Shown: piece after piece, positions 30,701 through 40,710 of the stretch
Layout: every line of letters starts with the position of its first letter
How positions within the stretch are numbered: position 1 is the first letter of the stretch
Translations under genes and position numbers: made by a program
The notes under the pieces: generated by a model
Told to the model about the DNA's origin: nothing
The model's database searches: none
The model's input: the letters and a program-made list of their open reading frames with translations, nothing else
Assembly: GCF_009914755.1 (NCBI RefSeq)
Contig: NC_060946.1
Length of the DNA stretch: 64,000 nucleotides
Source of the DNA: the human T2T-CHM13v2.0 reference genome, Homo sapiens
Strand: one strand, 5' to 3'

Positions 30701-31453
30701 GAAATTCCATGGAATGGAATGGAATGGAATGGAACGGAATGAAATTCCATGGAATGGAATGGAATGGAATGGAATGGAATGAAATTCCATGGAATGGAAT
30801 GGAATGGAATGGAACGGAATGAAATTCCATGGAATGGAATGGAAGGGAATGGAATGGAATGGAATGGAATGGAATGGAATGAAATTCCATGGAATGGAAT
30901 GGAATGGAATGAAATTCCATGGAATGGAATGGAATGGAATGGAATGGAATGAAATTCCATGGAATGGAATGGAATGGAATGAAATTCCATGGAATGGAAT
31001 GGAATGGAATGGAATGAAATTCCATGGAATGGAATGGAATGGAATGGAATGAAATTCCATGGAATGGAATGGAATGGAATGAAATTCCATGGAATGGAAT
31101 GAAATTCCATGGAATGGAATGAAATTCCATGGAATGGAATGGAATGGAATGAAATTCCATGGGTGGAATGAAATTCCATGGAATCGAATTGAATGGAATG
31201 AAACTCCATGGAATTGAATGGCATGGAATGCAATTCCATGGAATGGAATGGAATGGAATTGAATGCAATTCCATGGAATGCAATTCCATGGAATGCAATT
31301 CCATGGAATGGAATGGAATGGAATGGAATGCAATTCCATGGAATGGAATGGATTGGAATGGAACGAAATTCAATGGGTGGAATGAAATTCCACGGAATGG
31401 AATGGAATGGAATGAAACTCCATGGAATGGAATGGAATGGAATGCAATTCCAT
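27707..31453 (+). repeat. Young sub-array 2: (GGAAT)k-GAAAT-TCCA(T/C) units, ~105-110 copies, ~3.75 kb, unit length a variable multiple of 5
   Basis: Nearly pure GGAAT runs are punctuated by GAAATTCCAT or GAAATTCCAC from 27707 to 31453. The block is far more homogeneous than its flanks. Units were counted by eye. Confidence 0.97.
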
Positions 31454-33149
31454 GGAATGGAATTGAATGAATTGGAATGTAGTGGAATGGAGTGGAATGG
31501 AATGGAATGGAGTGGAAAGGAGTGGAATGGAATGTATTGGGGTAAAGTGGAATAGTACGGAATGGAATGGAATGGAATGGAATGGAGTAGAATGGAGTGG
31601 AGTGGAATGGAATTGAATGGAAATGAGTGGAGTGGAAAGGAATGGAATGTTAATGAATGGATTGGAATGGAATGGAATATAGAGGACTGGAGTGGAATGT
31701 AATGGAGGGGTGAGGAATGGAGTGGAGTGGAGGTGAATGGAATGCAATGGAATGGTGTGGAGTGGATTGGAATGGAATGCAAAGGATTAGAGTAGATTGG
31801 AATGAAAGGGAGTGTAGTGGAAAGGAATGGAGCAGAATGGAATGAAGTGGAGTGTATTGGAATAGTATGGAATTTAGTGTAGTGGAATGGTATGGTATGG
31901 AATAGAATACAGTGTATTGGAATTGAATGTAATGGAATGGTGTGGAGTGGAATGCAATGGAGTGGAGTGGAATGGAATGAAATGGAAAGGAATGGAGTGT
32001 AGTGGAATGGTATGTTATGGAATAGAGAGCAGTGTAGTGGAGTTGAATATAGTGTAATGGTGTGGAGTGGAATGCAAAGGAGTGGAGTGAAATGGCATGG
32101 AATGGACTGGAATGCAACGGAATGGAATGAAGAGGAATGGAATGGAGTTGAGCGGAATACCATGGAGTGGAATGGAATGGAATGGAATGGAATGGAATGG
32201 AATGGAATGGAATGGAATCGAAATAATGGAATGGAATGGAGTGGAGTGGAATGGAATGGAATGGAGTGGAGTGGAATGGAATGGAATGGAATGGAATGAA
32301 ATGGAATGGAATGGAGTGGAGTGGAGTGGAATAAAATTGATTGGAATGGATTTCAGTGGAATGGAATGGAACGGAATGGAGTGGAATGGAAAGAATTGGA
32401 ATGGAATGGAATGGAATGGAATGGAATGGAGTGGAGTGAAGAGAAATGGAATGGGTTGGAATGGAATGGAATGGAATGGAGTGGAATGGAATGGAATGGA
32501 ATGGGATTCAATGGAATGGAGTGGAGTGGATTAGAATGGAGTGGAATGGCAGGGAGTGGAGTGGAGTGGAATGTAATGTAATGTAATGGAATGGAATGGA
32601 ATGTAACGGAATGGAATGGAGTGGAATGGAGTGGAGTGGAGTGGAACGGAATGGAGAGGAGAGGATTGGAGTGGAATACAATGGGGTGAAATATACTGGA
32701 GTGGAGTTGACTGGAATGGAATGTAATGGACTGGAATGGAAATGAGTGGAACGGAATGGAATGGCATGGAATGAAATGGAGTGCCATGGAATGAAGTGTG
32801 GTTCAGTGGAATTGTATTGAGTGGAGTGAAACAGAACAGAATGGAATGGAACGGAGTGGAGTTAACTGGAGTGGAGTGGAATGGCAAGGAATGGAGTAGA
32901 GTGGAATGGAATGTAATGGAATGGAGTGGAGAGGAATGGTATGGAATGGAATGAAAGGAGGGTAATGGAATGTAGTGGAGTGGAATGAAGTGGAGGGTAA
33001 TGGATTAGAGTGTAATGGAATGGAATTGAGTCTGGTGGAATGGAATGGAATGGAATGGAATGGTGTGGAGTGGAGTGGAAGGGAACTGAGTGGAATGCAG
33101 TGGAGTGGAATTCAAATGAACAGAATGGGTTGGAGTGGAATAGAATGGA

Positions 33150-33480
33150 ATGGAAAGGAATAGATTGGAGTACAATGGAGTGGATTGAAAAGGAATGGAT
33201 AGGAATGGAATGGTACAGAATGGAATGGTACAGAATGGAATGGAAAGGAAAGGAATGGAATGGAATGGAATGGAATGGAATGGAATGGAGTGGAGTGGAA
33301 TGGAGTGGATTGGATTAGAATGGAATGGAAAGGAATAGATTGTAGTACAATGGAGTGGATTGAAAAGGAATGGATAGGAATGGAATGGTACAGAATGGAA
33401 TGGAAAGGAAAGGAATGGAATGGAATGGAATGGAATGGAATGGAATGGAATGGAATGGAATGGAATGGAATGGAGTGGAG
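33150..33480 (+). repeat. ~175-bp tandem duplication
   Basis: TACAATGGAGTGGATTGAAAAGGAATGGATAGGAATGGAATGGTACAGAA at 33171 and 33346. Confidence 0.9.
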
Positions 33481-36400
33481 TGGATTAGAATGGAATGGAA
33501 TGGAATGGAGGAGAGGGGTGTAGAGTGGAATGGAATGGAGTGAAATAAAGTGGAGCTGTGTGGATTGGAAAGGAATGTAGTGGAATGGAAGGGAAAGGAG
33601 TGGAATGTAATGGAATCGCATGGAATGAAATGGAATGCAATGGAGTGGAGTGGGGTTCAGTGGAATGGTATAGAGTGGAATGGTATAGATCAGAATGGAA
33701 TGGAATGGAGTGGAGTGAAGTCCATTGTAGTGAAACGGAAGGGAATGGAGTGAACTGGAGGGTAGTGTAATGGAATGGAGTGAAGTGTAATGGAATGGAG
33801 TGTAATGGAATGCAGTGGAATGTAACGGAGTGGAGTGGAGTGGAATGGAATGGTGTGGAGTGGATTGGAATGAAATGGATTGTAATGGAGTAGAGTGGAA
33901 TGGAACGGAGTGTAGTGGAATGGAACAGAATGGAATGGAATGTAATGAAATGGAATCGAATGGAATGGAGTGGAGTGCAGTGGAATATAATTGATTAGAG
34001 TCTAATGAAATGGAATGGAATCGAATGGAATGGAAGGATTGGAATCGAATGGAATGGAAAGGAGTGGAATGGAATGGAATGGAGTGGAGTGCAGTGGAGT
34101 GGAGTTCTGTCGAGTGGAATCCAATTCATTAGAATGGAATGGCATTGAATGGAATGGAATGGAATGGAATGGAAGGCAGTGGAGTGGAGTGGAGTGGAGA
34201 AGAGTGGATTGGAGTGGAAAGGAATGCACCAGAATGGAAAGAAATTGAATGGAGTGGAATGGAATGTTGTGGAATGGAATGGCATGGAATGGAGAGGAAT
34301 GGAATGGAGTTGTATGGAATGCACTGGAATGTAATGGCGTGGAATTAATTGCAGTGGAGTGGAAAGCAATGGAGTTCAGTGGAGAGGAGTGGAGTGGGGT
34401 TGAGTGGATGGGAATGGAATGGAATGGAAAGGAACGGAATGGAATGGAATAGAATGGAATGGAATGAAATGGACAGTATTGGAGTGGAGTGCAGTGGAAT
34501 GTAAGGGAATACACTGCAGTGGAATGTAATGTAATGCAATGGAATGGAATAGAAAGGAATGCAATGGAATGGAGAGGATGTGGGAGGATGCGAATGGAAC
34601 GGAGAGGATTGGAAAGGAATGGAATGGAGTGGAATGGAATGGAATGGAATGGAATGGAATGGAATGCAAAGGAATGGAACGGAGAGGAGGGGATGGAGTT
34701 AAATGAAATGGAATGGAATGAGTGGAGTGGAAAGGAATGGAAAGGAATTGAGAGTAGTGGAACCTAATGGAGAGGAATGGAATGAGTGGAGTGGAATGGA
34801 ATGGAAAGGAACTGAGTAGAGTGGAACCGAATGCAGTGGAATGGAATGGATTGGAATGGAGTGGAATGGAATGGAGTGGAGTGAAGTGGAAAGGAACGGA
34901 ATGGAGTGGAGTGTAACACAGTGTACTGGAGTGAAGAGTAGTGGAATGGAATGGAATGGAGTGGAGTGGAACGGAGTGGCGTCCAGTGGATGGTAATTGA
35001 ATGCAATGTAATGTAGTGGAATGGAATGGGATGGAATGAAGTGGTTTTGAGTGGAATGGAATTGAATGGAATGTAATGGATTGGAATGGAATGTAATAAA
35101 ATGGAATGGAATGGAATGGAATGGGATGGAATGGAGAGAAGTGGAGTGGCGTGTAGTGGAATGGAATGGAGGGTAGTGAAGTTGAATGGAATGGAAATGA
35201 TTTGAATGGAATGGAACGGAAAGGAATGGAATAGATTAGAGTGTAGTAGAATGGAGTGGAGTGGAGTGAAATGGAATGGAATGCAATGGAATGGCATGGA
35301 ATGGAATGGAATGGAATGGAATGGAATGGAATGTATAGGCATTGAAAGGAATGGAATGGGGTGGAACGGAATAGAATGGAATGGAGTAGGGTGGAATGGA
35401 ATGGAATAGAGAGGAATCGAGTTGAGTGGAGTTGACTGGCGTGGAACGGAGTGGAATAGAGTGTAGTGGAATTTAGTGGAGTGGATTGGAATGTAGTGGA
35501 GTGGAGTGAAATGAAATGGAACGGAATAGAATGGAATGGAATGGAAAGGAATGGAGTGGAGTGAAGTGGAGTGGAGTGGAATGTAAAGCAATGATATGGA
35601 ATGGAATCGAATGGAAAGGATAGGAGGGGAGTGGAGTAGTACTGAATGGAGTGGAATGTAGCGGAATGGAGTAGATTGCAAAGGAATGTAGCAGAACGGA
35701 ATGGAAAGAGTTTAATGAAACGGAAAGGAATGGAATGGAATGGAATGCAGTGCAGTGGGGTGAAGTGGAATGAACTTGAGTCTAGTGGAAAATAATTGAA
35801 TAGAATGGAATGGAGTGGAGTGTAATGCAATATAATGTAACGGAGGGGAGTGGAATGGTATGGAATGGAATGAAGTGGAATGGATTGGAGTTGAGTGGAG
35901 TGGAATGGAGTGGAGAGCAATGGAGTATAGTGGAAAGGAATGGAATTGAGTCAGGTGGAATGGAACGAAATGGAAGGGAATAGAATGGAGTGGAGTGCAA
36001 TGGAGTGGTATGGAATGGAACACAGTGTATTGGAAAGGAAAACCAACGGAATGGAATGGAGTGTGTTGGAATGGAATGGAGTGTATTGGAATGGAATGGA
36101 GTGGAGTGGAGTGGAATGGAATAGAATGGAATGGAAAGGAGTGGAGTGGATTGGGGTGCAGGGGATTGTGATGGAATGGAATGAAAGGGAGAGGAATGGA
36201 ATGGGATGGAATTGAATGAAGTAGAGTGGATTGGAGTGGACTGGAGTGGAATGGAATGGAATGGAATAGAATGGAGAGGTGGAGAGTAGAGTGAAATGGA
36301 ATGGAGTGTAATGTAGTACAGTGGAGTGGATTGGAATGGAATGTAGTGGAATGGAATGGAATTCAATGGAATGACATGGAATGGAATGGAAAGCAATGGA

Positions 36401-37319
36401 CTGGAATGGAATGGAAAGGAATGGAATGGATTGGAATGGAGTGGAATTGAATGGCAAGGATTAGAGCAGAATGTAATGGAATGCAATGGAATGAAACAGA
36501 AAGGAATGGAGTGTAATGGAATGGAAAGGAATGGATTGGAATGGAAAGGAATGGAATGGAATGGAAAGGAATTGAATGGAATGTAGAGGAATGGAAAGGC
36601 ACAGAGTGGAGTGGAATGGAACTGAATGGAGTTGAGTGGAATGGAGTGGAGTGGAGCGGAATGCAACGGAATCGAACGGAGTGGAGCGGAGTGGAAAGGA
36701 ATGGAATGGAATGGAATGTTATAGAGTGGAGTGGAAGGAAAAGGAGGGAAGTGGATTGGAATGGAATGGAGTGGAATGGAGTCGAGAGGAATGTAATGGA
36801 ATGGAATGGAGTGGAATTGTATAGAGTGGAATGTAATGGAGTGGAATGGAATGGAGTTGAATAGAGTGGAATGGATTGGAGTGGAATGCAGTAGATTGGA
36901 AACCAATGGAAATGATTGTGCGGAATGCAATGGAATGGTGAGGAATGAAGTGGAGAGGAGTGGAGTGAAGTTGGTTGGAATGGGGTGGAATACAGTGGAG
37001 TAGAGTGGAGAGGAGTGGAGTGGAATGGAATGGAGTGGAGTGAAGTGGAATCGAATGGAATGGAATGGAATGGAATGGAATGGAATTGAATGGAGTGGAG
37101 TGGAATGGAGTGAAGTGGAGTGGAATGGAATGGAATGGAATGGAATTGAAAGGAATGGAAATGAATGTAATGTAGAGGAGGGGAATGGAGTGGAATGGAA
37201 TGAACTGGAGTGGATTGAACTGGAAAGGAATGTAAAGGAAAGGAATGGAAAGTCGTGGAATGGTTTGGAATGGAATGAAACGGAATGGAATGGAATGTAA
37301 TGGAGTGGAGTGGAATGGA

Positions 37320-37960
37320 ATTGAGTGGAGTAGAAGATAATGGAATGCAATGGAGTGGAGTGGAGTGGAGTGGGGTCGAGTGGAATGGAATGGAATGGAC
37401 TGGAGTGGATTGGAATGGAATGGAATTGAATGTAAAGGAGTGGAATTAAGTTGAGCGGGGTTGAGTGGAATGAAAGGGAATGGAGTTAAGTGGAATGCAA
37501 TGGAATTGAATGGAATAGAATGGAAAGGAATGGAGTGGAGTGGAGTGGAATGGGGTGGAGTGGAGTGAAACGGAATGGAATGGAAAGGAATGGAATAGAA
37601 TGGAATGGAGTGGAATGGAATAGATTGAAGTAGAAGATAATGGAATGGAATGGAGTGGAGTGGAGGGGAGTGGGGTCGAGTGGAATGGAATGGAATGGAG
37701 TGGAGTGGAATGGAATGGATTTCCATGGAGTGGAATGGAATGGAGTGGAATGGAATCGAATTCCATGGAGTGGAATGGAATGGAAAGGAATGGAATGGAA
37801 TGGAATGGAAAGGAGTGGAATTTACTTGAGCAGGGTGGAGAGGAACGAAGGGGAGTAGAGTTAAGTGGAATGCAATGGAATGGAATGGAAAGAAATGGAG
37901 TGGAGTGGAGTGAAATGGGGTGGAGTGGAGTGAAACGGAATGGAATGGAAAGGAATGGAA
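37320..37960 (+). repeat. ~300-375-bp diverged tandem duplication
   Basis: TAGAAGATAATGGAAT...GGGGTCGAG at 37331/37631, and GAGTTAAGTGGAATGCAATGG at 37483/37858. Confidence 0.75.
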
Positions 37961-40500
37961 TAGAACGGAATAGAGTGGGATGGAATGGAATGGAATGGAG
38001 TGGAATAGAGTTCAGTGGAGTGGAGTGGAATGGAAAGGAATAGAGTAGAGGGCAGCATAGTGGAGTGGAAAGGAAAGGAGTGAAGAAGAGTGCAAAGGAA
38101 AGGAATTGAATGGAGTGCTGTGGAATCGAGTGGAGGGGAATGGAATGGAATAGAGTGGAGTGGAATGGAATGGAATGGTATGGAGTGAAAGTAGGGGAAC
38201 GGACTGGAATGGAATTGAGTGGAATGTAGAGGAATGGAGTGGATTGGAATTGAATGGAATGGCAGGGAGTGCAGTGGAATGGTATGGAGCGGAATTGAAT
38301 GGAGTGGAATGGAATGGAGTGGAGTGGACTGAAATGAAACGAAACGGAGTGGAGTGGAATGAACTGGACTGTAATGAAATGGAATGGAATGGAATGGATT
38401 GGAAATGAATGGAATTGATTGGAGTGGAGTGGAATGAAATTTCATGGAATTGAGTGGAGTGGAATGGAATGGAATCGAGTGGAATGGAATACGGTGCTAT
38501 GGAATGGAATGGACTGGAATGAAAACGAATGGAATGGAGTGGAGTGGAATAGAATGAAATAGAATGGAATTGAGTGGAATGGAATGGAATGGAATGGATT
38601 TGAATGGAATGGACTGGAATGAAATGCAATGGAATCGAGTGGAATGGATTGGAATCGAGTGGAGTGGAATAGAATGGGCAGAAGAGAGGTTTAATGGAAT
38701 GGAATGGAATGGAATGGAATAGAATGGAATGGAATGGAATTGAGTGGAATGTAGTGGAGTGGAGTGGAGTGAAATGGAGTGGATTGGAATGAAATTTAAT
38801 GGATTGGAATGGAATGGAATGAAGTATAATGAAGTGGAGTGGAGTGGAAGGGAGTGGAATGGAATGGAATGGGGTGGAGTGGAATGTAATAGAATGGAAT
38901 TCAATCGAATGGAATGGAATGGAGTGTAGTGTAGTGGAATGGAACAGAATTGAATGGAATGGAATGGAGTGGAGAGAAGGTTACTGCAGTTGAATGGAAT
39001 GGAGTGGAATGTAGTTTAGTGGAGTGGATTGGAATGGAATGTAATGGAATAGAATTGAAAGAATTGGAATGGAATGGAATGGAATGGAATGGAATGGCAT
39101 GGAATGGAATGGAGTGGTGTGGAGTAGAATGGCATTGAGAGGAGTAGAATAGAATGGAATGGAGTGGAATGGAATCGTGTGTAGTGGAGTGGGGTCGAGT
39201 GGAATGGAATGGAGTGGAGTGGAGTGAAAAGGAATGGAATTCAATGGAACGGAATGGAATGGAATGGAGTGGATTGGAATGGAATATAGTGCAGTGGAAA
39301 GGAATGGAATGGAGTGGAATGGAATGGAAAGGAATGGACTGGAAAGGAACGAAACATAATTGAGTGGAATGGAGTGGAGTACATTGGAATGAAATGGAAA
39401 GGAGAAGAAAGGAAAGGAATTCAATGAAACAGAATGGAATTGAATGGAATAGAATGGAAAGGAATGGAATGGTATGCAGTGGTGGGCAGTAGAATGGAAT
39501 TCAGTGGAATGGTATGGAATGCAATGGAAGGGGATGGAATGGAGTGGAGTGGAAAGGAATTTAGTGGAATGCAATGGAGTTGAATGGAATAGAGTAGAGA
39601 AGAGCGGAAGGGAATGGAGTGGAATGGAGTGGAGTGGAATGGAATGGAACTGTGTGGAGTGGAGTGGAAAGAAATTGTGTTGAATGCAACTATGTAGAAT
39701 TGAATGGAGTGGAGTGGAGTGGAGTGCAATGGAATGGAATGGTGCTGAGTGGAATGGTATGGAATGGTATGGATTGGAGTGGAGTGTAATGGAATGTAGT
39801 GGGATGGAAAGGAGTGGAATGGAATGTAGTGGAGTGGAGTGGAATAGAATGGAGTGGAATGGAGTGGCGTGGAATGGAAAGGAATTAAATGGAATGGAAT
39901 GGAATGCAGTGTAATGCAGTTGAGAGGACTGGAATGGAATGAAGTGGATAGGAATGGAATAGAATTCAATGGAATGGAATGGACTGGACTAGATTGGAAT
40001 GGAATGGAATGGAGTGTTTTGTAGTGAAATGGAATTGAGCGGAATGGAATGGAATTGATTGGGATGGAATGGAATCGAGTGGAGTGGAGTGGGGTAGAGT
40101 TGAATCCAATGGAATGGAGTGGAGTGTAGTGGAATGGAGTGGAATGGAATGGAGTAGAATGGAAAAGAGTGGAGTGGAGGGGAATGGACTGGAGTGGAAT
40201 GGAGTGTAGTGGAATTGAATGGTGTTGAATGCAACCGAGTGGAATTAAATGGAGTGGAGTGGAGTGGATTGGAAAGGAATAGAATGGAGTCGAATGGAAT
40301 GGAATGGGATGGAATAGAGTGGAGTGGAATGGAATGGAGTGGGAAGGAAGAGAGTGGAATGGAATGGTGTGGAATGGAAAGGAACAGAGTGGAGAGGAAT
40401 GGAATAGAATGGAGTGGAATGCAAATGTATGGAATGCAATGGAGGGGAGTTTACTGGAGTGGAATGTAAGGGATTGGAGTGAAGAAGAATGAAATGGAAT

Positions 40501-40710
40501 GCAATGGAACGGAGTGGAATGGAATGTAATGCAATGGAACGGAGTGGAATGGAAAGGAATGCAATGGAACGGAGTGGAATGGAATGGAATGCAATGGAAC
40601 GGAGTGGAATGGAATGGAATGCAATGGAACGGAGTTTAATGGAATGCAATGCAATGGAACGGAGTGGAATGGAATGGAATGCAATGGAACGGAGTGGAAT
40701 GGAATGGAGT
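40501..40710 (+). repeat. 30-bp minisatellite x7 (GCAATGGAACGGAGTGGAATGGAATGGAAT)
   Basis: GCAATGGAACGGAGT at 40501, 40531, 40561, 40591, 40621, 40651 and 40681. Confidence 0.95.

Larger units (their letters stand above)
21900..33700 (+). repeat. ~3.3-kb tandem duplication within the satellite: copy A ~21.9-25.3 kb, copy B ~25.3-31.8 kb (lengthened by the large sub-array), partial copy C ~31.8-33.7 kb
   Basis: GGGGTTTAGTAGAATGGTG at 22963/26309 (offset 3346). GATAATGGAATCGA at 24321/27617 (offset 3296). First TGAAATTCCA at 24411/27707 (offset 3296). GAAAGGGAGTGTA at ~21930/25355/31804. GTGAGGAATG at 25231/31710 (offset 6479). GTGAAATATA at 22861/26207/32686. Confidence 0.85.

Noticed and set aside
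26669-31373. Very long minus-strand ORFs (1556 aa, 1274 aa and 904 aa; all three frames open over the sub-array)
   Set aside because: They translate to (HSIPF)n with GISF/MEF/WNF variants. (ATTCC)n has no stop codon in any frame, and minus-strand stops need TTA, CTA or TCA on +, which are rare here. Overlapping ORFs in all frames with identical low-complexity products are a repeat artefact.
27707-31453. CRISPR-like appearance (palindromic repeat with variable-length spacers)
   Set aside because: The spacers are just (GGAAT)k rather than unique sequence, the repeat is only ~10-12 bp, and there are no cas genes or leader. The context is a eukaryotic satellite.
24411-31453. Canonical heat-shock elements created by the inverted unit
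   Set aside because: An HSE needs GAA-N2-TTC or TTC-N2-GAA. The spacings here are GAA-N1-TTC (or N0) and TTC-N4-GAA, so no canonical HSE is formed.
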